A stretch of DNA of 64,000 nucleotides, taken from Acanthaster planci. Its lineage: Eukaryota. The translations under genes were made by a program, and so were the position numbers. This document shows, in pieces, positions 1-13,210 of this stretch. Every line of letters starts with the position of its first letter. Positions within the stretch are counted from its first letter, which is position 1. The notes under the pieces were generated by a model. The model had not been told where the DNA came from. It worked only from the letters and a program-made list of their open reading frames with translations, and did no database searches. The stretch lies in assembly GCF_001949145.1 (NCBI RefSeq), contig NW_019091360.1, forward strand, positions 1,423,599-1,487,598. The letters are read 5' to 3'.

Positions 1-2585
1 TACAAAGTGTTATGCAATGCTACGGATAATCTAGACCAGTTTCTATATAGCAGGATCCGTCGGGTATCCGGGTCTGATGCACAGCCCTAATGTATACTGA
101 CAGTATTGTTGCCATTTAAGGAAAAGGGGGAAAATATGACGAATTGTTTTATAGACTGTGAGTCAAACCAAGACCAAGGGTGTTTAATGGTACTTTAATT
201 TCATACCCCAAAGCCATTGGTAGTTGATTTCTGTAAGTCACCTTCAATATCTTTCTGTTTATCAGTGCTTCAATAAGACAGTTTCTGCAGATAGGTACAC
301 ACAGACTGAACTTCAACTATATAACAGAGTGCGCGAACCTATGCTCCGGGGAGACTTACGTTAAGCACAGGATGTGCCATGAAAGCACTTCTGCCAGTTC
401 ACGAGACAAACATTTTTCTCGAATACCACTTTCGCATTTATGTATCGTAAATTGAATTGGCCCACATCGTCTAATCAATTTGGACTAACATAGATATGGC
501 TCAGGTGGCAAGAAAGTTGTGACTATAATGTCACCTCAAGGTCACCGTAAATTGGATTTAAAGGCAGGTACTTGGCGCCAGGAAAATATAATTACGTGGA
601 GTGTAATTCTCTCACAACGGCTCCTTGGGAGTTTTCACAGAAACTATCAGACATGTAAACTCCTAAATATTTCTGATCTTGTTTATTTCCCGTGCTAATG
701 GACAATTCTGCTTGGTGTTATGTTCACTAAGTATTTCTTTACTGCATTTCATATCTTCAAAACGATTATTTCAAGAGTAACTTCTAAACATTCACTGAAC
801 CAATTTAAACATCGGTACTGCGGTATTAATAATTTTCGTGGAAAATGAATTCAGGACATTAAAGAGAAAATTCATGTTCAATCCACAAAATGGTAACTTT
901 ACCTCACTGTCCGTATGAGCCCATTCGGCCTGCCATTAGTTTTTAACTCGTTTCGGGCCAGTTGTGACGATCTTTGACCATTTATACTCAAAGCGTAAAT
1001 TTGGGGGAAAAGGTGGGTTTAAACGAGAAAAAGTACGCAAGGGGTAGTTTTTCTAAGAAGAAAATCGAAGATGGGACTGATTTTTGCCTGGAGTGAAACA
1101 CTGGCGTCGGCTTAATGGCGGACGGCACGTATTACGACCACCCCGCTTCATCCATTCAATTTAGCACGGCTATCGATCCCGAGCAAAGGCTCCGTGTGTT
1201 CCATAACCACGCGCCGTCACATCCGTGGACAAAGTGCGACTGACCCGAGTCGTTCGTGCATGGCGTCTGTGTGCTGGACAGTTTGCCTGCGCGGGTAAAT
1301 TTTGTTCAGCGGCGAAAAGCGCACACAATTATAGTGTGTAAGTGGGGATTTTCAGCGTCGTGGGCAGATCCAGGACAAGAGTTTCGGAGGGAGGGTTCAA
1401 AATATGTCTTTTTTTCGGGGGGTGGGCACAATTTTGCATTTTTTTTATGCACTCTATTTTGGCCTCTGAAAGGGGTTAGCTACATTTTGATACTCTTTGC
1501 ATGCGTTTAGAATGGCGCAAGACAAAAATTGTCTTTCATTTTCTTGTAATTTTTGACTTTTGTGGGAAGGGGCATTGCCACCACCACCCACCCCCCATCT
1601 GCCCTTTTTAATGTCATACTCCCGCACAAAAAAGTCTTCACGCAAAACGGCACGGAATAACTTATCAAAGTGGCAATCTAGTTGATCCTACACCTTTATA
1701 CCACTGGAAATTAGTGACTTGGCGTTTAGATCATTGACATAAGGTTTCATTTCCTTCCGAGTCCTTTTTCTCGCAAGGAATTTCCCAAGAGACAGTCCCC
1801 TGATTGACTCAGGTTTCAACAACAGAAAGCGCGGCACACCGTTGTCCGTATCTCAGCAGTGTCTGCCAGCGCTCTCGAGTTTTCCCGCCTTACATGTATT
1901 TGATCAATATCCGTCGGTTTTGTGAGCTCACTATCTCAAAAATGATACAATTGAAAGTATGACTCTGGTTGGCTAGTTTCATATGTTTTCCTGGTGCCAT
2001 TGTTTTCCTATCAAATCCGACAAAATAAATTCAGTTTCACTTTTGGAGTATAACCAAAACGATTACATACTGAAGTTGCACGCATAGCTCGTGCATGCCG
2101 CTATGCCGTTCGAATTTGTTTTCAAATTCTTTTGTATAAGATTAACACATTCAAATTTAATATTCTTGATCCTTTTAAAAAGTGGTCGCAGTCTTGTCAG
2201 AGTGTACTTCAACCGCATTCCAATAAATACATTTTTACATTCGAAATAGAAATACGTAAAGTGGAGAGCTTTCATTCTTATCAGTACGTGTTAATTAATT
2301 TTTTATTATTATACCTGAATTTGCCGAACTCGTTTTCAGTCAAGAAGCGAGATTAGAGAATTGAAGATCTGATATAGATCTTAGGAACTTCAAACAAAAG
2401 TTGATATGGCAGAAATCTTGGGTATTGCCCTCAAATGCGCCGATCAAGAGTTCTTATAATTATTCCTGGGATCCACCATGCCAAGTTGGTTTGTCATTAC
2501 ATGTATATATTTCGGTTGCTTCAAAAGTGAAAGTAGGAAAATTGATTACTAATTGTGTACGTGGAAAGCAGAAGTATTGCAAAGA

Positions 2586-2701
2586 GGCCATGACCGCGTT
2601 ACTTGACTGCGGCTTGAAATCAATCACAACTATGGGAAGTGGCAGCAGCCACAACCATGTAGACTCGCGCGTAATTTGAAGCTGGAACTCAGATGCGGCC
2701 T
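2586..2701. mobile_element. Short palindromic MITE-like repeat (family C), diverged copy
   Basis: Aligns with 29574-29696: shared CTGCGGCTT..., CTATGGGAA.TGG..GCAGCCAC and GTAATTT.AAG. Confidence 0.5.
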
Positions 2702-5700
2702 TAGACTGTGCCTTTAATGACCTCATACCTACGGCGCCCTCCAGTGTCATATATGTAGCTCGACTTTTAAGAAGAAAAACGTTCAGAGAAACGAAACGAG
2801 ACGAAAGCATAATGTATCATCTTCATATACATGTACAGTAATTCTGAGCATGGTTATCACCACTCAATGTGTTTTACCTGAATTTCATGACATACATGGA
2901 CACTTTAATTACTGTTACAAGTCACCGGGTAAAATCGTTAGTGTCGCGGGCCAACACTCACCTAAAAGTGTAATTAAGTGTTGCCACAAGCAGCAGCCAC
3001 ATTACTCGATCTGTTCGATCAAATCACTGGCCTGCTACAGATCTTCGCGATTAACTGCGACGAGCCTCGTGCAGGCTCTGTCGACAGCGTGACATTTTCC
3101 AGCTTGACTTTGAACATAATTTATTAAAAAGTCGATCGGCAGCAGCGGTTCAGCGAAAGTGATTTGGGTCAATTTGCCCGCAACCAAACCGGAGACTTGG
3201 CGGGGTTTGAGGCTGAACGTCCGTCAGGCCGCACACGTATTTCTACATGCATGAGGGCTACTTTTGGGATGTAGGAAAATGAACCCTTGGTATCGCTGCG
3301 GGGATGCTTGTGCTCGAAAGAGGTCGATGCCCAAAATGAATTTATCTTAAAATGTCTTCGGGTAATAAAACATTAAACTTAAGCGATTGTTATGAGGTTC
3401 AGCGTAGGACCTCCCTGACGCTGCACGTCAAGCTAAGATCGCCGCTCCCGTCCTATCCTGGCCGTGCCACGGCGGTCACGGCGTCTCCCAAGATTTGTCA
3501 GCATCGTTTTAATTCGGACTATATTCGTATACACATAGTCACTGAGTTCACTGGAAATTTGATGAATTTGATTCGTTAGGAAAGGGAACTACCGGCCAGT
3601 GTCATGATGATTGAACTCACACACTTCACCGTCAAAGTCTCTCGTCGCATAATTTGGATTTAGGCGAAAAGCATATCACATAAGCCTAAACCGTCAATGT
3701 TTCCCTATAGAAAAAGCAAAGACCTCTCCTACAGTGTACCGTAACTGTATAATAAGCTTTGATTTGGACGGGAATACTGTAACAGTTAAGGCCTCATTCT
3801 CTAGATTGGGCAAGTGAAAGGGTTTCAACTTATTATTAAACAAACAAATCTCTTTTTTCTTTTCCAAAATTCCGAGGGGGTGAGTAGTGAAGGAGACCCA
3901 CGAGTCAAAAGGGGGGGGCACGCCACTGCTGGCCTCACTAAATTTGGCGCAATGTTTCCGGACACGTACGGAATTGCAGACTATAATACACGATGCCGGC
4001 TGCAGTCGTCGATTAGGCAAATAGCGCAATGGATAGGCTACTGGGTGAGCGCAACATACTTGTAACCAAACACAGGCCATGTTTTCGCCTCAGTTCGTCG
4101 TCGGTTACCAGTCGACGGCTGTTGCGTATCTGGGTTCAGAGGTATGACAGTGCAGGAATCGTTTCTGACAAAGCTCAACTTCGGGGTGAAAAAATCACCG
4201 GGTGCAAGTCAAACCGTATAGGGCGCCGATGAAATATTCTTGTTTTGTTTAAAATAGAAGAATAACATTTATATAAACACATGGGTGACGCCATGCTTTA
4301 ACTGATAATTCTATTTTATATTTCAACTTTTATGCGAACGGCAGTTGCATGTTTTTGACGGCAAGAGTCACAGTCCGCAAATTGGGTCACCAGTGCCCCG
4401 GAAACGTTGTTATCGTTTTGTTCCCGTGTTTATCAGGAAATGTTTTTCAGCATATCTTGACATACGCATGCGCAATATTGTAACACCAAGATCGCTTGTT
4501 ATCCACAGTTTAATCTGATTGGGACAAGTTATTGTTACGAGAAGATAATCCATTCCTGGCACTCGAGTTGTAGTCGGATTTCTGTGAGTACCATGTACTT
4601 GAAAAGAGGATAAAAAGTTGAAAGTCCCAGGTCGATTCTGAGTGTTCCTGCACATTCTGGCTGCCATCTTGAAAGCCAGTGCTTTTGTTCCAAAGGATAT
4701 GCATAAAAGACACTTCCCTTTGGAACAAAAGAATTGCCCTGAAAGAGAGCTACCACTCAAAGCCTCTATACTCGATATTTTTGCGGCTACCCCAATTTAA
4801 ACTTCAAGTAGATGCAAGTGGGACACAGACGCGATCAGGCAGTGTTCCGCCCTCGCTGCAATAACAGTTCGTGTATGGCAAGCATGTGTGATATCTTTAC
4901 GTTCCGTTACAAACAGCAGTGTCTTTTGACAAGACTTGAACCAAGACCAGAATATAGCCGTTCTCAGACCCCGCCCCACCATTGATTAACAGAGCTCCTT
5001 AAAGGAAGGTGGGGTGACAGTTGCTCTTCACCCCCACGGCTAGAGGTTAGGGATGCATCCGTGATATCGCTTTAAAGAGCTACACGATTCTGTATGCAAC
5101 CGTTTCAACCATTCCACGTGCACTTAGTAATCGACTTGTACATGTACGTCATGAAAATGCAACGAAACGGGCCTTTTACTTTTCAATAAAATGTTTTTTC
5201 TTTTTGTTGGAATATGAATGAGATCATCGACTGTGCTGTATTCGGTATACACGCTGTGCAAGCGGGACCGGTCCAAACCTTTTCAGAATGCCATGGCTAA
5301 AGGTACACTCGCGTGACACCGCCGGGGGGTCAGAACATGCAAGGTTCGAGAGACTGGCTATTTAGTCTCGCGTGTCATTGGGAATGTCATTGACTTCAAT
5401 GAACACTGTATTCCCTTTGATGGACCAGCCAAGCCCATCCACGTGTATGATTCAATCTCTACTTCGATAATTAAATCCTCCTCTCACATGATAACGCAGA
5501 TGACCGTGTCTGTCTGCGTATTTTCTCAGCGGCGCTGGCGCCAATTGCGGGGAGTTTTGTGAAAATGATTCGTCCACCCGTCGTCCTCGACATGTATTAT
5601 GTACGCAAATCTAATGTTGCTTTTAATGAAATCGCGCAGCACTGCTATTTTTGCCCTCCAGGTGTAACCTGCCATAGGCCTATGTGGTCACTGAACTACG

Positions 5701-8700
5701 ATACGTGCTATTTCCAGATTATAGGCATCGAAATCCCAGGATTGAGCTGGGGATATCCATAGTTGGAGCTGTATGTAATTAATACTGTACAGTAAAATTT
5801 ACACGATTAGTCGGAATTTAGTAATTAAGTGCCTAAAGCTGTCTTCTCTTAACAAGCTATGTTAGAGATATCAGCACGATAAGATTCTTTCTTATGCTTG
5901 ATAGTTTTGATTTATTTTAATCTGCTGGTTCTAGAACCGTCCCATTCATTACCCACGGAACACCTGCTCGGGAACATTAGTCGGCAATCAAATCAACGGC
6001 CAGTGCACGCATATCTCAACCGCACTGTCGTCGTACTGAGCGTGGTTAGAGAGCTTCTATACATTTACCGGCAAGTCACGTCCCCCGATGTTTCTGCCTG
6101 TTCAAGGCGAGTATCGCTTTGGTGTTAGGGCTTTTTATTGGCTAATTAACCTCGGAATTTCTTTTTTACGACGTATTAATCGTCCCATCTGTGACTACAG
6201 TACTTCCTAAACCTATACATATACAATATGTCGCCCCTTCAGGACTGACCAAAGTCCACCAGCGAAAATTACAGGTTATATAATTCAGCCTTTTTAAGAG
6301 GTGTATTTTGTGACGGTGGAAAGCCATTTACGTATTGCCTTTATTTCCCCGGGAAAATGCCGCGGTTGCCGTACTCTTCGACCCCTGTCAGCTCGTTTGA
6401 ACATCATTTCTACAAAATGTTAACGTTGTCAAGTAAAGATGCGTTTTCTGCATGCATGCCTTCATGGACATTGAAAAAAGGCCTAAGTTGATTAAAATAA
6501 TGAAAGACTGAAGAAGACACAAGAAGATATCAAATTGTGTATAGACTGCTTGCAAACTCGAATTAAGACTACATAAAGCAATAAACTAATAAAGCTGGGC
6601 TGTGTACCGCCGTTGCACTCAGTAATTGCTCTTGCCGGTCTAGTGAGTCGCCGTGGAAATCATACTCTATTCAAGTCCACAGAAATAGGGCTAATATCGA
6701 CGTGGCCTCAGCACTCAGCAATAATTCCGTAAAGTGCGGTAAGGTACTTTGAAGGTCCAGGGTTCAAGTCCAACTGCTGTCACTTTTTGGTAACTAAAAG
6801 ATGTCGATTTTTAGGTAATAATTCTTGGACCACCGAAATGTGCATAACATTTCGGTGTAATGTACAACACTTAGGCATGGGTCAGTTTGTGGCATTATAG
6901 TTTTTCAGCATTGGGCTGTCTTTACTGTCGCTCTACTTCCGCGGGAATTCAGTTGTCTTTTCTGGATTGAACCTTTGAAGCGCAGATTCGATCAAACCAA
7001 ACATGTTGTACCGGATATACGCAATTTTGGACGTAAGTGCAGTACGTAGAGAGAGACGGGCTGGAATCGAGTCTGTCGCAAGCGGACCCAGGGCGGAGTC
7101 CCATCAGCGATCTTCTTGGCGGGAAGCCATCAATGAACGCCGGACACGAATGATTGAAAGTATGCAATATACATCATCAGGAAAGGCGATGCAAATGAAT
7201 TCTGCCGCGGGAGGAAAAGCACTAGTCGAGCCCCCGCGTTCCAACATACCTCCGAGCCTGTAGCTATTGCAGACCACACTCGCTTTACTTCCGCGGATGA
7301 ATATTATTGGAAACGAGACACGGGGCAGTACAGTCTGCCCTCGCGCAATGCAATATGCCTCAGAGTTTAAAGGAGACCGACCAACGACCGTAAGATAATG
7401 ATAACTGTCGAAGAGAAGGGAAGCCATCGAAAGTGAGAAATCGCACTCTCTTTCTTGTTAAAAGAGGAAAATCGAGTTATATTGAAAACGGGATAACCAC
7501 ACCAACACTGCCCGAATGGATGACAAAGCAGGCCTAATCAACGTTTCTAACAGTCAGAGATAGGGAAAGCAGGGAACTCGCTCATTTCCGTGGATTTATT
7601 AGAGGATTGCATAGTGATAGATGCAATTTTCAAATCCCGCGTCAGCGCGACGAATCAAGTTGTTGAAGGTGCTTTCATTACCGTGTGAAACCGAAGCTCC
7701 CCTCTTGCCCCAGGTGCACGAGGCAAATCGATTTCGTAAGAGGAAATCTGTCACTCGAGAGCACATGAATGACGTAGACGAGAAAGGTACAAACAAGAAA
7801 AGAAAAAAAAAGGAGGGGAAAAAAAGGAGAAACCAAAATGAAACGGGAATATCTGTGTCTGCAGCACTTACATTTCGGGAATTGCATAGAAGTAGAAGCG
7901 CGGCTCTGCAGAATGATGAAGAACGTGACACAAAATTGTGTCACCCTGCAATATATTCATCACATCACTCTGCACAGACCTGCGAGACGATGACGGAACG
8001 CTATCATGCTGCAGTGCAAAGTACACCCAGAAGTGGAACCTTGCGGTTTGAAGACGATCAATGATGGGGAGTTTTTCGAAATAGGACACTCATAAAATGG
8101 GAAGCCTGCAGTGTTCACGATGGACTGGGGTAGGACTTCGAACCTGGATTTAAAAAAAAAGTTTTCTACGCCAAATCGACACAGACTTAACTCGGAGGAA
8201 AAACTGACGTGTTAAATATTAGGACTTGCTGGCAGTGATTAATTTATTATTGGGTATAGCAGCCTAGGTATACATCTGCCTATAGGTACCGTCACTTAAT
8301 TTCAAGCGATGTCCACACACGTAACAGACTGTTATAATTAGCATGCAACCGCCTTGACGGTGAATGAGGTCAGATGGGCCCGTCGGGCCGGATCAAGCTC
8401 GCACAATTCAGCATCGCTGACCGATAACTGCCCCTTGGGGCACGTTCTCAGGACCGGGCTATGGACCTGGTCAGCTGGTGTACACGGTCCACCGAAATTC
8501 CCCTGCTCACGTGACGTGTAAGTTATTATAACACATGCACACCACGTGATGTGACGCCTCAATCAAATTAAGATGCACCGTGCGGAAGTAACTACCGCCC
8601 CGTGCCACGGTCTTACATATCCTCGGCAATGGGTCGAGAGCGCCAATTTCGCCCGGGGAACCCTCTTAATTAACGGGTGGTGGTAAACGAGTTACACCAC

Positions 8701-10730
8701 CGCGACGGCCCCGCGGTCGAAGCTCCTGGGTTCGCCGAATCCAACCTCCAGCCTTCCGTTTTTTCCCATCGCCGTACCGTGTTCAATCGGAAATGTTTGG
8801 CCGCCGTTTCAGGGAAATTGAAAACAGTGGTTGGTTCTGGCCGCCTAAATTTAATTACTGTTCCGTCCACTCCTATGTTGAAATCGTTTGTCTGGTCAAC
8901 ACAGCGTTTCCTGTATTTATTCTTAAATAACCTGTCTCTGTTGTGATTATATACATCCGCGAGGGTTACACAAATTAGTGCCAAGAGGAACAATCATTTA
9001 AAATTCAGTGAAACAAATCATTATCGACTATAATGATTAAAAAAACAATAAGAGAGAAAGATGTAGCAGCATCACTTAAGTGAGGAATTTACTTCAATTA
9101 TTGTTGTTAAGATACAAGACTGTGGAACCTAGTTTTGACTGAAGGCAGCATTACACCCAGGCTCAAACCGTAAGACAAGACAGTTGCGGATTCTCTGACG
9201 TCATTTAACAAAGACAGAAAAAAAACCGTGTTCCAAATACGATAGTGCAATATATTGGTTTTATGAGGTTTTAATATATCAAGTCTCGAAGCTAAACTGG
9301 TATTTCGATTGCGCAAAAGTCTGTGATAATGGCTACAGCCAATGTCCATAAAGTCTTAAGTAATTTCAAGCCGCAGCCAGTAATTCAGACACGGCCTGGG
9401 CCTGTCAGTGGGTATATAAAAATTATGACGACACAGGTTATCATACGTTTCTATAGTATTCCATGCATGGATGGAATCATGAAAAACCTGTTCATTTCAT
9501 ATTTAGTGAGAACAAACATTGGCTGATTAAGCGCATTTATGAACTGCTCGCTTTGATGGATAGGCCTGTACGTTCCTCGTGGTTGTCTGTTGGGATTCGC
9601 GCTTGGCATGTTCTCACGTCAATAATGGCGGGTTAATCTCGTGTGTACCAGCCCCCGTCACCAACATCACAAAACCGTCGAGTCCGAGGCTGTCGGAAAT
9701 TGAGCAAAAAACAGCTGGCATTTATCTTTTGTTCCCTGACACGATTGCTGAAAACAAAATTAATATCAGGGTGCGGAATTTAATTCCACTCTTGGCTCAC
9801 ACCACAAGGCTGTGAACAATATCAAAGGGTAGGTGCGATGGAATTATCTTCATGAAAACCCTCAAAATGCACCTCTGTGCTCGTCAATTAACCTCACTTT
9901 CAATTTTTTGTTTCACTATTTCAAGGAGCCTTTTGCTAGCTTTTTAAGTTTTATGCTGATATTTCCATATCCATGAGCAAAACCGTAATATCATCTTAGC
10001 AAGAAACATGTGTTGCGTCGGTTAGTGCAAAAAATCCTGTAATTTTTTAATGATTTTACTCTTCTTTGGTGATTTGCTGTGTAAGTACACATGAATAAGC
10101 AAGCAGTCATCCCTTCTTCGTAAGTGTTTTCATCGAGGTAATTCTGGGTCCATTTCTTTGAACAGAGAAACCTACTCACTGAACAATGCATTCCCTAGAC
10201 GACATCAAAGCAATAGCGCCCTCAGAGAGCATGGATAAATTGTAAATGTTCAAAAAGTGTACTTTTCAATGCATTTAACCTAAGAGCGATATCAAATAGT
10301 GTCCACACATTGAAAAATAAATATGAAGCATGTTCGTTGCAGCTACACTTTAAACGAAAGTAGGCCTTTGTGTGTGTCCAAGCTTGGTTGTAGCCTATCT
10401 AAAATAGACCTGAAATACACTTCTGTAATCGATAATGTTAAATTCCACTGTTACAAAACGGCTCAAAACCTTAAGCGATAAATATCTCGAAAAAAGGAAG
10501 CAATCCAGGCAAGTTTCCTCGAACATAATTGAATGGGAGTTGTAAATAAGGACCGCCAAGTCGAACTAGCGGGAAAAACCCACCCATTTATCTTTGTTGA
10601 GCAAAAGTGTGGATGAAAACGCTTCGGAGTCGCAAGAGATGTACCGTCCACCCCAGTCGCTGTGAAGTCTCCATCTTTGCGTTGATTGCGTCATAATGAC
10701 TGCAACATGAAGGCCATGCACTACATTGTA

Positions 10731-12013
10731 TATCCGAGAAGACACCATTGCCGCATGACGCCATACTCACGCGCGCGTTCTTTAGCTTGATGCGCGCGTG
10801 CAATTGACAAATCACAACATCCCATTGGTCAAAAAGACATATAAAAGCGCGCGTACCACCTGTCCAACAGCGTGGTGCCACAGCGGTTGCCGGATATTAG
10901 TCGACAGGTTAAGTGGGCAAGTGAGTACTAACGTGACATGTGCGTTACTAAGGGAAGAAAACGTGCTTGGCCAGTCTTAAATGTTCGTTTGAGACCAGTG
11001 GTATTGCAACAACAAAAGTGAAGATTGTGAACACTAACCAGTACAAGGAAGTGACCAGATTTCATAGGAATTTCTGAGTCACACTAGAAAAAGTTTTATC
11101 AGACAGCCGGTGCTTTATCAATCGATTAAAACCGCCCAAGTGACGGGCTCTCGACCAACAGGAATGGCTGAACTAGTCTTAAATATCAAGGGACGGGCTC
11201 TCGACCAACAGGAATGGCTAAACTAGTCTTAAATATCATGCTTGAATACAAATTAAAAGCTAGGATTCTGTGTAACAAAAGAAGGAAACGCAGACAGAGA
11301 AAACGTTTTTAAGAACCGGATCCTGTATAAAACTGGTCTTCGATACATGATCATTTCATACAAATACTGCGCGGACGAATGTGTACTGCTACAAAGAAGA
11401 TTCAAATTTGTTTAAATGCACTGTTTACAAAATACAAGAATGCATAGATCCCACGCACACATCATTGAATACCACGAATATTGATGTCCAATTTGTCGGG
11501 TTTTTCACTATAAAGGAGCCACCAAGAGAGCATGACATGTGGGCCCTCTCGAGTAAAATGGCAGATGAAAACGCTCTGACCTCTCACCAACATGCATTAT
11601 GAGGCGTAAACTTGGAGCATCAATAAAATATCTTCCAAGCGCAGTTGCATTGTAAGGTGGCATTTGTTGTAAGCCTACCCACAATGAGGCAATAAGTTAT
11701 AGTAAATGTACTCACAACTCATGTCTGATTTTGAAGAGCAAAACGAACTGAGCTGGATCCGGAAGTGAACCACAAGTGCTGCTTTTACTATTGCCTGCGT
11801 TTCATCGACACTGTTCGACAAGGGCTGCTATGTACAGACTAATCCGCATAGACGCCATTGCTGTGATGGCACGGCACCGCACCCACACGTGCACATTCTT
11901 CAGCTTAACGCGCGCGTGCATTTGGCAAATCACGACACCCTATTGGTCGAAGAGGCAAGTAACACGCGCGTACCACCTGTCCACCAGCGCTGTGCCACCG
12001 CAGCATTGGTTGC
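10731..12013 (+). repeat. Two diverged direct copies of a 160-170 bp unit (10731-10890 and 11841-12013)
   Basis: Shared blocks GAC.CCATTGC, TTCTT.AGCTT.A.GCGCGCGTGCA.TTG.CAAATCAC.ACA.CC.ATTGGTC.A, CGCGCGTACCACCTGTCCA.CAGCG..GTGCCAC. Confidence 0.8.
11142..11238 (+). repeat. Near-perfect tandem duplication, period 50 bp
   Basis: GACGGGCTCTCGACCAACAGGAATGGCT[G/A]AACTAGTCTTAAATATCA at 11142 and 11192 (one mismatch). Confidence 0.95.
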
Positions 12014-12199
12014 TAAGGCCAGAGCTACGGCTAGGTCTATTGTCTACGCGTCTCCACGCATTTCTAATGGAGTCAAGACCTAGACCTAGCTCTAGACAAG
12101 AGATAATAATTCTGGTTGTGGAAGTACACTAAAGTACTATTTTCCAACCAGAGATTGGTAGGTCTGGCTTCTGACGGTAATCGTATCTTCTGTCAACAG

Positions 12200-13210
12200 C
12201 CAAGTCGATGGAATGTTTCTACTGCCCTGCCACCTCAAGCGAAGACGAATGCAGGAGAGTTGGGCGCGTACAGCGGTGTACCGTGGGTTACAATACATGC
12301 TTCACACAAATCAAGTACAAAGGCAAGTTGTAAAACAAGCTCGACACTAATCCCCCCACACATTCATGTAAGCTAACATTTCCAAAACGGGTATCAAAAC
12401 AGCGAACAAATCGAAGCGGGGAAGTATATTACTTTTAACAGCCCTTTAAGTCTTTTCCTTTTATATTTGTCAAATTTTTACACAATTTTTCTTTGTGGAT
12501 GCGCACATTGACACCATCGATAAAAATTACTAATGCATCTAAGAATTATAAAATGATGTTGCGCCGAGCCACAAAGGGGTGTATTTACTCAAGCAGTTTA
12601 TTAAGACAAGTTAAGGTGATATTTAATTTACATAATGATCAAAAATAAATGCTTATGTCTCTGTACAGTTTGAAATGCTGGTTTCCAAAACAGTATTTTT
12701 TTTTTCAATCTGTGGAAGACAGCTTTAAGCTGCAATGACCATAATCGTTTAAGCGTCTTGTAAACTCAGAGCTGAACAATACGGGCGATTCCCAATAGTG
12801 CACCACTAAGAGTTTGCAACAAGTTGGGCAATTATAACGCGCGAAATTTGTCGACCCTTTCTAAAACGCATTGGGTCGACAAATTTCGTGCATTGTGATT
12901 GGCCAACTCTTGGTGGCACACTATTGTGAAACGGCCGTATTTTTGTTTGTTCACAGGCGGCAGTGACTACCTGCCCATGACAGTGACGCGAAGCTGCGTG
13001 GATGACACTTTTTGCACTGCGGAGAAAAAGACCTTCAACAACGGCCAGTGTATCGCCAGTGACACTGATTACACCTGCGTCTGGTGTTGTCACGAGGACA
13101 ATTGCAACCTGCTGTCGTCTGCCAGCAGGTTGAATGTCAACCCCATTTCCCTACTGGGTGGCATCGCCATGGCAACATATCTATCCACAGCAGTAATGTG
13201 GCATCGGTAA
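12200..13210 (+). CDS. Ly6/uPAR (three-finger) domain protein, LYPD6-like 12-Cys pattern, probably GPI-anchored; 5'-partial (signal-peptide exon not located)
   Basis: Exons 12200-12322 (acceptor tcttctgtcaacAG; KSMECFYCPATSSEDECRRVGRVQRCTVGYNTCFTQIKYK; donor AAG|GCAAGT) and 12957-13210 (acceptor tttgttcacAG; GSDYLPMTVTRSCVDDTFC...TCVWCCHEDNCN, hydrophobic tail, TAA). The phase-1 join is in frame and gives a complete LU domain from CxxC to CCx4CN. Confidence 0.85.
12782..12937. mobile_element. Palindromic MITE, family A (TA-flanked, Tc1/mariner-like), copy 1
   Basis: TIRs CGGGCGATTCCCAATAGTGCACCACTAAGAGT / ACTCTTGGTGGCACACTATTGTGAAACGGCCG; inner palindrome AAATTTGTCGACCC...GGGTCGACAAATTT; flanks AATA and TATT. 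Confidence 0.85.

Noticed and set aside
7621..8064. 147-aa Lys/Arg-rich ORF that looks like it carries an NLS
   Set aside because: The Lys run comes from an A-rich low-complexity tract; no domain, no convincing splice context, and overlapping ORFs on the other strand.
8670..8993. Minus-strand ORF with a signal-peptide-like start
   Set aside because: Starts at TTG rather than ATG, no recognisable motif, no supporting exon chain.
10050..10080. Candidate Ly6 signal-peptide exon (MILLFFGDLL, phase-1 GTAAGT donor)
   Set aside because: Phase fits, but the hydrophobic core is short and contains Asp; not supportable without transcripts.
11381..11602. YCYK...C...C ORF as a possible Ly6 exon
   Set aside because: Lacks the CxxC pair and an acceptor; the real exon is 12200-12322.
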